DNA from: a virus
Length of the DNA stretch: 64,000 nucleotides
IMG/VR virus record: IMGVR_UViG_3300020186_000396
Coordinates: 1 to 64,000 of that record
Direction: 5' to 3' (one strand)
Shown here: piece by piece, positions 48,060 to 58,217 of the stretch
Layout: the number at the start of each line of letters is the position of its first letter
Position numbering within the stretch: the first letter of the stretch is position 1
Translations under genes and position numbers: made by a program
Notes under the pieces: generated by a model
Told to the model about the DNA's origin: nothing
The model's database searches: none
What the model saw: only the letters and a program-made list of their open reading frames with translations

Positions 48060-48424
48060 TGGAAGATATTATGAATAAAACCTTACTTAAAAAAGCGGAA
48101 TCAATTCTTGAGGATCGCAAAACAAAGATTCTGTCCAAAACAAACATCAGTCTCGATATAGATATTGAAGGTGATGAGACAGACGAGATTCAGGGTAAAA
48201 ATATTGCGTTGGTAAACAATCATATTCTTACACGAGATAAAGAGCGATTACACAAGATTGAAAGGGCGCTTACAAAGATCAAGGGCGGCACATTTGGAGA
48301 TTGTGAAGACTGCGAAGAACCAATTGAGGAAAAAAGGCTTTTAGCCAATCCTGAATTTAGTATTTGTATCTCTTGCGCATCCATGATCGAATTGAGAGCC
48401 AAGAGGTCAAGAGGGCATAATTGA
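48059..48424 (+). CDS. TraR/DksA C4 zinc-finger transcription factor
   Basis: GDETD coiled-coil tip; IERAL.KI..GTFGDCEDC.EPI...RL.A.P....CISC. Confidence 0.9.
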   Translation: MEDIMNKTLLKKAESILEDRKTKILSKTNISLDIDIEGDETDEIQGKNIALVNNHILTRDKERLHKIERALTKIKGGTFGDCEDCEEPIEEKRLLANPEFSICISCASMIELRAKRSRGHN

Positions 48425-49005
48425 ACACGGTCATAACTGAAAAAACAGCTACTGGAGATATTTCATACGATGTATTTTCAAAGTTAACGAACGACCGAAT
48501 TATATTCCTATCGGATTATATTGATGATGAGGTTGCTACAGATATTGTAGCGACCTTGTTGTATTTGGATAGCGTAGATCATACTGCCCAAATATCTATT
48601 TATCTTAATTCTGAAGGTGGCGATATTAGAAGTGTTTTCATGGTTTACGATGTTATCCAACTTTTGCGAGCACCAATTCAGACCATCTGTTTAGGTTCTG
48701 CTACGTTTGCGTCTGCAATCATTCTAGCTGCCGGTACTAAGGGCCTGCGTAGTGCTACAAAAAGTTCTGTCATATGCGTTAGTCAATTATCTTCTGACGG
48801 AGTAACGTACGGTGATATGACTGGAATCAGAATATCTTTCGAGCAGATGAAGAAAGATAATAAGAAATTGATTGATATCATAGCTAAGCTTACCGGCAAA
48901 ACCGCTGCTAAGGTCACTAAAGACTGTGAACGAAAATTATTTATGACTCCATTGCAAGCCAAAAAATACGGTATCATCGACCGTGTGTTGGAATGGAATA
49001 AATGA
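48421..49005 (+). CDS. ClpP homolog lacking catalytic Ser and His (ClpR-like)
   Basis: RIIFL, YLNSEGG, A..YGIID; GSATFAS and ICVSQ at the catalytic positions. Confidence 0.85.
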   Translation: MNTVITEKTATGDISYDVFSKLTNDRIIFLSDYIDDEVATDIVATLLYLDSVDHTAQISIYLNSEGGDIRSVFMVYDVIQLLRAPIQTICLGSATFASAIILAAGTKGLRSATKSSVICVSQLSSDGVTYGDMTGIRISFEQMKKDNKKLIDIIAKLTGKTAAKVTKDCERKLFMTPLQAKKYGIIDRVLEWNK

Positions 49006-49598
49006 TTAAAAAACCGATAAAGAAAATGCAAGACCTAGAAGGGCTGAACTCATCATCTAGAAATCTAGAAATCTATTCAAGGTTAGCTAAGGATCGAATT
49101 ATATTTCTAACAGAGGATGTTACAAAAGAAACAGGAAGTTCTCTTTCAGCTTTGCTTTTGTATTATGACTCAGAGAATCACGATAAAGATATAAAAATTT
49201 ACATCAACTGCAATGGTGGTGATGCTACAGCTTTATCTAATATCTATGACGTCATGCAAATGATAACTGCACCTATACAAACCGTATGTCTTGGTAAAGC
49301 TTATTCGGCTGCTGCTATTTTGCTTGCAGCTGGCGCTCCAGGTAAAAGGTTTGCCACGAAGCATTCTGATATTATGATTCACGGAATACAAGCTCAGTTT
49401 CCGTTTACCGATAATGCAGATAAGATCGATTCAGAAATCGAAATGAAGATGCTTCAAGATCATAACGATATGATTATGAAGATCCTTGCCAAGCATACAA
49501 AGAAAACGTTCAAGCAGGTTGCTAAGGACTGTGAACGAGATTTGTACATGGATGCCAAAGAGGCATTTGATTATGGGATGATCGACGGTGTGTTATGA
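49002..49598 (+). CDS. clpP: ATP-dependent Clp protease proteolytic subunit
   Basis: GKAYSAA (Ser), IMIHG (His), ERD (Asp). Confidence 0.92.
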   Translation: MIKKPIKKMQDLEGLNSSSRNLEIYSRLAKDRIIFLTEDVTKETGSSLSALLLYYDSENHDKDIKIYINCNGGDATALSNIYDVMQMITAPIQTVCLGKAYSAAAILLAAGAPGKRFATKHSDIMIHGIQAQFPFTDNADKIDSEIEMKMLQDHNDMIMKILAKHTKKTFKQVAKDCERDLYMDAKEAFDYGMIDGVL

Positions 49599-49954
49599 AC
49601 GATGATGAAAGTAGACAAGCAAAAGTTATAAACGTTTTACGGTCTCAGTTAGATCAAATGACCGAAAAATATAACAATGAGCGCCTTCGTGCTCTTCGGG
49701 CCGATAAGCATCTTAATGATGTCGATCGTATTGCACTGAGAGCGGAGCGACTTCTTCAGAGTTACGCTTGGTGTAAGCTTGCCAAGAAGCAAACTCCAGA
49801 TAAGGCTTATTCAAATAGAGAGCCAAGAACGTACGATCAAGAACAGGCTGACGCTTTAGCTAAAAAGATTCATGTAGTAATTTCCCATCGTTCAGATGTA
49901 GTAGACGAGGAGGGAAATGATGTTTGGTTGGGATCACGTACTAAAAGCCGTTGA
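49595..49954 (+). CDS. Hypothetical protein
   Basis: ATGA overlap. Confidence 0.6.
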   Translation: MNDDESRQAKVINVLRSQLDQMTEKYNNERLRALRADKHLNDVDRIALRAERLLQSYAWCKLAKKQTPDKAYSNREPRTYDQEQADALAKKIHVVISHRSDVVDEEGNDVWLGSRTKSR

Positions 49955-50192
49955 TTTTGTTTTACGTCGAAAAACTATACTAATACCGATTACTATCGAA
50001 GACACCGATAGTGCTGCCGAAATAGTTTCTGCTAAAACCATTCTAATGGCAAGACCCGATGAATCACTTTCTTCTGCTGCTAAAAGAAACGTTGATGAAA
50101 TTATACGCTTGGATCGCGAGGTCCGACAAATGCGATACGAAATTTTTGAACTCAAAAGAACCAGAACGAAGAAGAATAAGATCGGTCGCTGA
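49917..50192 (+). CDS. Hypothetical protein
   Basis: 91-aa ORF. Confidence 0.5.
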   Translation: MMFGWDHVLKAVDFVLRRKTILIPITIEDTDSAAEIVSAKTILMARPDESLSSAAKRNVDEIIRLDREVRQMRYEIFELKRTRTKKNKIGR

Positions 50193-50351
50193 TCCTTATC
50201 GTTCGGCTATGCCGGTTCATAATGACGCACAACATTATTGTACTGTTATGTAGAGGTTAATCATCACGAACCTGCGCCGATGTTCAATAAGTTGTATTCG
50301 CCGTGCCCGTATGGCGCGCCTCGCCCAGGCCCGTTGTGTATCGAGTGTTAT

Positions 50352-50520
50352 CATTCTCCAAAAAGAATACCCTCCCTTTAGGGGGATGAATTTTTGTTCA
50401 GAAAAATATAATGCGTTATATAGAGTAGCAATGGGGCTCGGGACGAGCCTTGCGATATCCGGCGAAATAAATTCGCCGGATACTTTCAGAAGCCTTGCCC
50501 TTTAGGGCGAGGTAGTTCAC
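50352..50520 (+). mobile_element. Non-autonomous tnpB-element derivative (169 bp), copy E
   Basis: TTAT | left end...GCAATG-GGGCTCGGG...TAGTTCAC; same junction as copy C. Confidence 0.93.
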
Positions 50521-50550
50521 AGACGCTATCAATAAACTATAATAGTATTG

Positions 50551-51897
50551 ATGCCGCCTCCAACTAAAAAGCGCCCAAGAAAGCCAAATAAGAACAAGGA
50601 TATTGAGGCTCTCCTTCAATTGAAGGATAGAACAAATGTTCAAACATCGATGTTCATCTGGGATCTTATTGCTCTGAAGAAGGGTTTGAATGGTCGCGGT
50701 GACGTAGATCATCGCCTTCCACCATCACGAATTCATCAAAAACTGGATGCCAGCATTACCAGCCTCATCAGCAAGCTCACTGGTCAGTATAGAGATCTCG
50801 CGCAAAATTCTTTACAAATTGTAAAACAGCAAGAGCAGCTGGCGGACACACTTTCTAAGAAAAAATCTGAGAAAAATAAAAACCAGACAGAGCCTCAAGC
50901 AGCTCCAGTGTCTACTCCGGCGGGCCCATCTTCTATGTTCGGTAATTTGGCTCCGGAACAAAAATCCGCGTCCGAGAACGTTGAATTTGTTACCGAGGCG
51001 ACCAATCCATTTTCTCGTAGTTGGTACCGCATGAAGGCGCCTTTTACTTCATCGCCAGGTGCGCGTTTACTTGAAGGTATTCTTTTTCGCCTTCTTGACC
51101 TGAAAAATGAAACGGAAGAGATGCAAGACGCCTGCGTCTCTACCAGCGCAAACGATGTTAATCGCCTGGTACAATCCAAAGAAAATTTCAATTATCATTT
51201 AGCTGCCGTTAACAAACAATATCTTCAGTATGCTAAAGAAACTGGGCAAACACCAAGCGGCGAAAATTTAGGCAACGAGTACGGGGCTATTCAATCTAAG
51301 TTTGACAATTACATGGCAGAGTTCCTGATTGCAAACTCTATAGCTGGTATCAGCGGCTCGTTCAAGCATAGGTTTAAAGAGTTAGCAACCGTTTTTAAGA
51401 GTTCTCAAAATGATACTGATAGAAACGATATCCTCCAAAAAATGGATATCGTATACAAACAGCTTATAGCTTACATTAGATCTGAATTTCAGCTCAGTGT
51501 AAATAAGCCTTGGTCGACCATTAAAGAAGTTTACAGTTTAGGCCCAGTACCAATTCCTAAAGATATGGGAATGGCTAGTGATCCGGTATTAACTGGAAAC
51601 GAAGATCAACTACAAACTCTTGCACATAATATTTTAAGTCGTCTTTTGAAAAAGAAAAGAATGGAACTTCCATTCTCTGACGCGAACGCTGGTATAAGAT
51701 TGAAAGTTTTTCAGGTGCTAACAACTACAAGAAAATTGATCATTGACGTGATGAATAAGATTGAAAAGGGAGAACCAGAAACGCTTGGAAATTATATTCA
51801 ACAGTTGAAATCCAAGAACGACGAGATAACCCGTTTAGTGACTACTCTTGCGGAATCAGTATCAAAAATTAATGTAAAAGAAAAGAAGAAAAAATGA
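50551..51897 (+). CDS. Hypothetical helical protein
   Basis: ~448-aa ORF; TATAAT 7 nt upstream of ATG. Confidence 0.75.
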   Translation: MPPPTKKRPRKPNKNKDIEALLQLKDRTNVQTSMFIWDLIALKKGLNGRGDVDHRLPPSRIHQKLDASITSLISKLTGQYRDLAQNSLQIVKQQEQLADTLSKKKSEKNKNQTEPQAAPVSTPAGPSSMFGNLAPEQKSASENVEFVTEATNPFSRSWYRMKAPFTSSPGARLLEGILFRLLDLKNETEEMQDACVSTSANDVNRLVQSKENFNYHLAAVNKQYLQYAKETGQTPSGENLGNEYGAIQSKFDNYMAEFLIANSIAGISGSFKHRFKELATVFKSSQNDTDRNDILQKMDIVYKQLIAYIRSEFQLSVNKPWSTIKEVYSLGPVPIPKDMGMASDPVLTGNEDQLQTLAHNILSRLLKKKRMELPFSDANAGIRLKVFQVLTTTRKLIIDVMNKIEKGEPETLGNYIQQLKSKNDEITRLVTTLAESVSKINVKEKKKK

Positions 51898-52085
51898 TTC
51901 TATCGCAGGATCCATTAGTTCTAAGGTCACGATTCATAGCGTCACTTCCTAATGATCCTGATATGAGATTAAAGTTCAATGACAAACTCATCACTGTGTT
52001 TGTTACTAGTCAAGAAAAGGCTAAATTGATACCATCTATTTTTGATAATTTCGTAGTTAGAGTAATTTGCATATTAGGCCACTGA
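51894..52085 (+). CDS. Hypothetical protein
   Basis: Overlaps on both sides. Confidence 0.55.
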   Translation: MILSQDPLVLRSRFIASLPNDPDMRLKFNDKLITVFVTSQEKAKLIPSIFDNFVVRVICILGH

Positions 52086-52474
52086 TGAATTTACTTGTTA
52101 TCGGAGAACGAACATTTCCAACTATACTTGCTATCACACCGATGGAACAAGCTCAAGGGTTAATGTATGTTAAAGCTAATCCTCCGATCATGTCGTTTGT
52201 ATATGATGAACCAGAAATGAATAAGATCTGGATGAAGAATACCTTTGTTCCTCTTGATGTCATCTTCTGTAGGGCCGGTAAGATCGTTGCAATCTCCAGA
52301 GGAGAACCGCACTCTGAGGATCTGTTCGGTCCCGACTATCCAACGGATCTGATAGTAGAGATGCCTGAAGGAAGTGTGGAAAAGTACGATATCTGCATCG
52401 GAAACGACGTAAGACTTAAGTACGACGTCGCTAGTTTCGGCAAAAAGCTGTCCGCAAGATATCTATTGACGTAG
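52085..52474 (+). CDS. DUF192 family protein
   Basis: QGLMY, M.FVY, WMKNT..PLD.IF, VE...G. Confidence 0.88.
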   Translation: MNLLVIGERTFPTILAITPMEQAQGLMYVKANPPIMSFVYDEPEMNKIWMKNTFVPLDVIFCRAGKIVAISRGEPHSEDLFGPDYPTDLIVEMPEGSVEKYDICIGNDVRLKYDVASFGKKLSARYLLT

Positions 52475-52532
52475 CAAATTCTTTGAACTTCTTAGGGGTT
52501 GCGTGAAGTCAGATAGCTGTTAGGTTAGAGTC

Positions 52533-53585
52533 ATGCTCGATAGCGACTCCCTGATTGAAGCGGTCTCCAAAAACACTCCCGAGATTGAGGTCCTTAATCG
52601 CATTCTCTTCGGTTTAAAGATCCGCGCTAAGTGTACGGCTTATCGCCGCTGCCGCAACATCGACCTATATGACATCGTTCTTGGTGATGGCGCCCGAGTG
52701 CGTCAGATTGAGCGCTTCACACAGGAGATCGGTCTTAGCCTTCGTGCCAAGGCTCCGCCGATCGTTCGCCTCCTCCTTCAGGAGGGTATCGTTCGTCTTC
52801 AGGTGATCGCGACCGAGCCTGAGATCGTCGACTTTTGTGCTCGACGCAATGCGCTGCCTATGCCGAAGGCGTCTCTTCCATTCTATCTTGGAGAGACGCT
52901 CGACGACGGACCGCTTTGGCTCGACGTGCATACAGCACCGCACATTTTAGTTGCTGGAACTTCCGGTTCGGGCAAGAGCACGATCCTGCATTCTATCATC
53001 GGTAATGCGTTGTCGAATGATAACGTAGACATCTATCTGATGGATACGAAGAACATCGAATTCTCTTCGTACGCTGATCTCGAACGATATAACATCAATA
53101 TCGATACGACGTATCAGGAGTGCCTGGAAACTCTCCAGAAGGTGTACCTCCAGATGGAGGAGACGTACGTGATGATGCGCGTGAACGGATTGCCTAGCAA
53201 TTACTTTGCCAATGCAAACTGTAAACATTCGTACAAGTTAATTGTGATTGATGAATTTGCTGATTTAATCATGCAGGATAACAACGACGAGCTTCACGAT
53301 TTGGTTTGCAAGATTGCTCAGAAAGGCCGCGCCGCTGGAATTCATTTTGTGCTTGCTACACAACGTCCTTCTGTCGAGATCCTGCGTGGTACAATCAAAG
53401 CTAACTTCCCCACTCGCATTTCCTGCCGAGTTGCGTCTCGCGTAGATTCCAATGTTATTATCGACAGCCCCCAAGCTCACGCTCTACTTGGCAAAGGTGA
53501 TGCGCTGATTAAGTCAGCTACGCATGACCTTGTTAGATTTCAGGCGGCGTACGCGACTGCCGAAGCAAATATCGAGAACACATGA
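52533..53585 (+). CDS. FtsK/SpoIIIE motor-domain ATPase
   Basis: PHILVAGTSGSGKS, VIDEFADL, RAAGIH..LATQRP, LLGKGD. Confidence 0.93.
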   Translation: MLDSDSLIEAVSKNTPEIEVLNRILFGLKIRAKCTAYRRCRNIDLYDIVLGDGARVRQIERFTQEIGLSLRAKAPPIVRLLLQEGIVRLQVIATEPEIVDFCARRNALPMPKASLPFYLGETLDDGPLWLDVHTAPHILVAGTSGSGKSTILHSIIGNALSNDNVDIYLMDTKNIEFSSYADLERYNINIDTTYQECLETLQKVYLQMEETYVMMRVNGLPSNYFANANCKHSYKLIVIDEFADLIMQDNNDELHDLVCKIAQKGRAAGIHFVLATQRPSVEILRGTIKANFPTRISCRVASRVDSNVIIDSPQAHALLGKGDALIKSATHDLVRFQAAYATAEANIENT

Positions 53586-55051
53586 AAGATGTAGTCGAAA
53601 AACTAAAAGCCAAAGGTAATTTAGTAAATTACAATGATATCGACGCGGTCATTGTTCGTTTTCTAGAAGTTAGAAGCGATACCGTTTCTTTTTTCTGTCG
53701 TAAAGCTTACAATGATGTGAATCCTGTTTCCCTTGCGGCATTCAAGGAGGTTCTCAAAGAGGACCTCCGTAATGCTCTCATTTCGTTTATCAACGCAGGC
53801 CATGGCATTACGCCGGATGGCGTGCGCAGCTATTTGTCGCTGTGCGTCAAAAGCGCCGCGACCAAGGCAGCTTCCGAAAACAAACGGACAATTCACATTT
53901 GTCCGGGATGTAAATACCTTGGGCGAACTCAATCGGTTGAATACAGAGATAAGTTTTTCATCTGCCATACTTGCCAATCGGATTTGGTATCTGGTGAAGA
54001 CAAACAACGTCTGAATATGTACAAGACGTTTTCGGTTCATTCCAAAAAGGGATACCGATGTTTGGATTGCGATCGGTTTATTCCGCAATCGCAAGAAGGC
54101 ATCACTGTTGTTACATGCCCGTATCCCGATTGTATCTACACTGGAAAAAGCTCTGAACTTGAGCCGATGAGGCATCCTTCTATCAAGGGATCTGCTGATT
54201 CGATGGAATCGCTTTGTCTTGATTCTCCAGCGATGGGCGGAGGTCAGGACAACTCCTCGATCATGAAGGACTTGTTAACCGACTCTGGCGCCCGCTCTGG
54301 CTCACGCGGCGAACGAATGGGCCAGACTTACGCGCTGAAAGACAGCGTTGTAAGCAGCTCTATGCAGGTGAAAGAAGATATTCAAACTCAGATGAATATC
54401 CTTCTCAAAACGATCGCCGATCAGAAGAGCGCTCTTGCGTATCGTAGTAATGACTCGACTCTTCTTCTGAAGACACTGATGTACAACGCGTACGAAAACA
54501 TCATTGCGGCTAACCCCGAAGAGATGATTGCGTATCTCGTGCATGAGAACCGCAATGGTGGTTTTCAGCATAAGATTTTTCAAGAATTCATCAGCCTGCT
54601 CGACAAGAGTTTACCGTTCAAATTCGTTAAGAACGGAAAGCATTTCGAAATCAAGACGTTACTTGATCCGAGCCTATGTATTTTCCCGGGTGAAAGCGTT
54701 TTCACTACGGAGGTTACGAACGAAGCGATCATAGAAAACAAAACTGAAGAGCTATACGTGGGAGCCAGAAAGGGTTTCTACTGCAAGTCGTATTACATTG
54801 GTAAGCTGCTTGATGTAAAGATCGCCGCTACCGATGAAGATGTGACGAAGCACGTTAAAGAATACACATTCTTTCGCATTATGTTGAACAAGGGTGCCGT
54901 TCCGACAGGAACCAGCGTTCGTGTCCGGCATTTACGCGTTCCTCCGCACTATCAGATGGGTGGGATGGTTCACCTCAATCGTATTCGGCGCAACATCGTT
55001 GACAAGGTTTTCCTGACTCTGAACGGCAAGAAGAGGGAGCCGAAGCGATGA
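53582..55051 (+). CDS. Multi-CxxC protein, possibly a divergent sigma-like factor
   Basis: CPGC, CHTC, CLDC, CPYPDC; see findings. Confidence 0.6.
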   Translation: MKDVVEKLKAKGNLVNYNDIDAVIVRFLEVRSDTVSFFCRKAYNDVNPVSLAAFKEVLKEDLRNALISFINAGHGITPDGVRSYLSLCVKSAATKAASENKRTIHICPGCKYLGRTQSVEYRDKFFICHTCQSDLVSGEDKQRLNMYKTFSVHSKKGYRCLDCDRFIPQSQEGITVVTCPYPDCIYTGKSSELEPMRHPSIKGSADSMESLCLDSPAMGGGQDNSSIMKDLLTDSGARSGSRGERMGQTYALKDSVVSSSMQVKEDIQTQMNILLKTIADQKSALAYRSNDSTLLLKTLMYNAYENIIAANPEEMIAYLVHENRNGGFQHKIFQEFISLLDKSLPFKFVKNGKHFEIKTLLDPSLCIFPGESVFTTEVTNEAIIENKTEELYVGARKGFYCKSYYIGKLLDVKIAATDEDVTKHVKEYTFFRIMLNKGAVPTGTSVRVRHLRVPPHYQMGGMVHLNRIRRNIVDKVFLTLNGKKREPKR

Positions 55052-55278
55052 GCGCATTTACGAATGAACTTCTGAAAAAAGCAAACCTCGAACTAGCTAA
55101 GCTAAAAGATGTTTTAGCAGACCACGGTATTAATCATTGCTTTTGCGGAGAGTATGAAAAATCTAGTGAACTCGATGAGGATGGTGAACCGGAACGCAGC
55201 GAGTTTGATAGAGGTTGGGTAAAGTATTTCCATCCAAAATGCTATAAAGCTAATGGCGGTATTAAACCTAAAGATTGA
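55048..55278 (+). CDS. Hypothetical protein
   Basis: ATGA overlap. Confidence 0.55.
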   Translation: MSAFTNELLKKANLELAKLKDVLADHGINHCFCGEYEKSSELDEDGEPERSEFDRGWVKYFHPKCYKANGGIKPKD

Positions 55279-55673
55279 GGTGCCATTGCCGTTTTAGTTT
55301 GTGTTACGAGATACTGGTAATTATCTGACAGTTCCTCAAACAGTCGCCATTTGCGACTGATGAGTGTGTAGCATCGATAATAAGAAGATCTCGCTAACGT
55401 GTGATAATAGTCTTCAGACGCCCCATTCAGGGAGGCGGGGAACATGCTTTCTGAAAAGAAAAGCCAGTCCCCTATGTTCTGGAAGCCCGAGAAGTCCTGA
55501 CGCTCCCTCGCTTCGGCGTAGAGGAGCGTCACGCTTTCTTGTGAAAAGTCAAACTCGGCAGACGTGTATCTTTTAAAGATGCTCGTAATATAGGCTTTCG
55601 TGTCGTTCTGGCACGAAACGGTCTCTAGTTTTTGGTTAAGAAAGTCTAATAGATTTATTTTTGTAATGAGCAT
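55242..55673 (-). CDS. Hypothetical protein
   Basis: 143-aa ORF. Confidence 0.65.
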   Translation of the reverse strand: MLITKINLLDFLNQKLETVSCQNDTKAYITSIFKRYTSAEFDFSQESVTLLYAEARERQDFSGFQNIGDWLFFSESMFPASLNGASEDYYHTLARSSYYRCYTLISRKWRLFEELSDNYQYLVTQTKTAMAPQSLGLIPPLAL

Positions 55674-55757
55674 GGCGTAAGTTGTCGAGTAGGAAATTGT
55701 GGGAGCCAGCTTTATCGTTCGACATTAATATACATTAATAATGCAAGGACCAACGCT

Positions 55758-57497
55758 ATGAAAACTTTAGTAATTGTGGAATCGCCAGCAAAAGGTAAAA
55801 CGATTTCCAAATACCTCGGCCCTGATTATACAGTCATCGCTTGTTATGGTCACGTCGTTGACCTTGCTAAAGGTGGGAAGTTCGGTATCGGTGTAGATTT
55901 ACTAAATAATCTAGCTCCTCGATACATGATTATGGATGATAAGAAAGAAGTTTTCGACAAGATCGTTAACGCTAGTGAGACATGCGATCAGATTTATCTC
56001 GCATCCGACCCTGATCGTGAAGGTGAAGCTATTGCTCAGCATTTGTTCACGCGTTTGGCGTCGACTGGAAAACCAATTAAGCGTATTGCATTCCATGAAA
56101 TAACAAAGACCGAAATCCTTAAAGCCGTTGCAGCGCCACGTGACATCGATTTGAAATTGTTTAAGGCACAGCAGGCTCGCCGCATTCTTGATCGCCTCGT
56201 TGGATTTATGGTGTCGCCATTTTTGATGAACGTGTTCGGTCAGACCATGTCAGCCGGGCGAGTTCAATCAGTAGCGGTTCGCATGATTGCCGATCGTGAA
56301 ATCGCAATAAAGAATTTCGTGCCGGTTGAGTTTTGGAATGTATTTGCAGACCTGACCACACCAGCTGGCGAAAAGATGCGCGTCAAGTATGCCACGGCAT
56401 TAGGTAACAAGGCCGATACCGATGCGGTCCTGGCAAAGCTTACAGGGCATCCGTTTGTGGTCAGCGCTGTCATTCGCAAGCCTAAGAAGGAAAGTCCACC
56501 GCCACCGCTGACAACCCTAATGATGCAACAGATCATGTCTAAGAAACATGGGTTCAGCGCCGAACAAACGATGCAGGCTGCACAAGCGTGTTATGAAAGC
56601 GGGTATACGACTTACATTAGAACCGACTCTGTTAGACTCGGCGACGATGCTGTAAAATCCATTCGACAATACATCAAAACAACCGGATACTCGCTACCAG
56701 CCAAGGCTATAGTTTATGAGTGCAAGACTACCGCCGCTGACAGCCATGAAGCTATTCGTTGTACGAACGTCAACACTGATCCGGCAACGTGCATGCTTAC
56801 CGGTAACGATAAAATTCTGTACGACGTAATCTGGAGATATTCCGTGGCTTGCCAAATGGAACAGGCCGTGTTCGATACGATGGAAGTACAAGTTACTTGT
56901 AATGGCGAACTGTTTAAGATTACTGGTAAAACACTTTCTACTAAAGGATTTTTCGAAGTCCTAGGCCTTCCTCCGAAGGATAAGTTCGATATTCCTAACC
57001 TTAATAAAGGCGATTCATTTACCTTGAATAAGGTCGTGCCAGAACAAAAAGCAACTCAGCATCCGCCTCGTTTTACAGAAGCTAACTTGATCAAAGAGCT
57101 TGATGCAAGACAGATCGGCCGCTCATCTACGATGGCAACTATTCTGAAAAACATCAACGCTCGCAATTACGTTGTCAAGAATGGTAATACGTATCATCCG
57201 ACCGACCTAGGACTTCAAGTAACGGCAATGCTAAACAAATCGTTTGGATTTGTTAATTTTGATTACTCAGCCGCTATGGAAGCTAATCTTGATAAGATTG
57301 CGGCCGGTGAAGCCGATTACGATACTGTTATGACTGAGTTCTTTTCTTTATTCTCTAAAGAATTGAAGTCAGCAATAAACGGCGAGAATAAGATATGTTG
57401 TGAACGGTGTAATGGAATAATGGTAGAGCGTGATGGTTCTCGCGGTAAATTCCTATCATGTGCAGGTTGCAGAAACAGTCAGAACATTGCGGCGTGA
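55758..57497 (+). CDS. topA: DNA topoisomerase I (type IA)
   Basis: IVESPAK, ASDPDREGE, SAGRVQS, TYIRTDS, HEAIR, C-terminal Zn ribbon. Confidence 0.96.
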   Translation: MKTLVIVESPAKGKTISKYLGPDYTVIACYGHVVDLAKGGKFGIGVDLLNNLAPRYMIMDDKKEVFDKIVNASETCDQIYLASDPDREGEAIAQHLFTRLASTGKPIKRIAFHEITKTEILKAVAAPRDIDLKLFKAQQARRILDRLVGFMVSPFLMNVFGQTMSAGRVQSVAVRMIADREIAIKNFVPVEFWNVFADLTTPAGEKMRVKYATALGNKADTDAVLAKLTGHPFVVSAVIRKPKKESPPPPLTTLMMQQIMSKKHGFSAEQTMQAAQACYESGYTTYIRTDSVRLGDDAVKSIRQYIKTTGYSLPAKAIVYECKTTAADSHEAIRCTNVNTDPATCMLTGNDKILYDVIWRYSVACQMEQAVFDTMEVQVTCNGELFKITGKTLSTKGFFEVLGLPPKDKFDIPNLNKGDSFTLNKVVPEQKATQHPPRFTEANLIKELDARQIGRSSTMATILKNINARNYVVKNGNTYHPTDLGLQVTAMLNKSFGFVNFDYSAAMEANLDKIAAGEADYDTVMTEFFSLFSKELKSAINGENKICCERCNGIMVERDGSRGKFLSCAGCRNSQNIAA

Positions 57498-57532
57498 CGA
57501 TATAGATCATCCTGTAAGGATGGGTATGTAAG

Positions 57533-58159
57533 ATGAGTAATATTCGTATGAAAAAGCCCACTATGGAAGAGCTAGATAAACAGGAGAGTTTAACGCCTGA
57601 ACGGCTAAAAAGCCTAACTAGTACCGCTGTAGTGGCAGTACGCGTCGCCGGTCCATTTTCTGCGGAGGTAACTCCGCAACCTAAGTCAGGAATCGCTGCA
57701 TTAGTAAACTGGACGCATGATAATTTTGCGTATACGTACCTTCAACACGTTGATAAAAATATCAAGCTGATCAATAACAGAATTGTTATTGATGGGCAGT
57801 TTATGCACTTCTGTGATATCAAGAAATTAAAAGTAGAATGTATTCATACAGATGCTCTTATCTCTTGGCGGTCAGAAACTGGTGTTGAAAAATTCCTAGC
57901 TCAGGGTGTTTTTAAAATTTCAGCTAAAGGCTTTTCTTTCTTACATGGAGCACTGTTTAATAACGGAGTTCAGACAGAAGAAGAAGAAGTGTTTCATTTC
58001 GTCATTGTTAATGAACGTGACATGTATAAGTATTTGAAATTACGAAACGATTTTGACAGCTGGATAAAGGAGAGAGAGGGACTTCAGGAGAAGTCTGCTA
58101 ATGGGAGCATGAGGAAGATTGCAGGTCTAGATCGTTACGCCGCAAAAATAAAAAAATAG
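57533..58159 (+). CDS. Hypothetical protein
   Basis: 208-aa ORF. Confidence 0.65.
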   Translation: MSNIRMKKPTMEELDKQESLTPERLKSLTSTAVVAVRVAGPFSAEVTPQPKSGIAALVNWTHDNFAYTYLQHVDKNIKLINNRIVIDGQFMHFCDIKKLKVECIHTDALISWRSETGVEKFLAQGVFKISAKGFSFLHGALFNNGVQTEEEEVFHFVIVNERDMYKYLKLRNDFDSWIKEREGLQEKSANGSMRKIAGLDRYAAKIKK

Positions 58160-58217
58160 CGGCTGATATAGATCAGTGTGGGTGCTCATTGAGCATTGAA
58201 CGAGGTTATTGTTACGT

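Noticed and set aside
6354-50520. Element repeats as a CRISPR array, or TnpB as Cas12
   Set aside because: The repeats are dispersed transposon ends, not a tandem repeat-spacer array, and no cas genes are seen
28865-54175. Long antisense ORFs (e.g. 28865-29530, 53663-54175)
   Set aside because: Shadows of well-supported genes on the opposite strand, with no motifs
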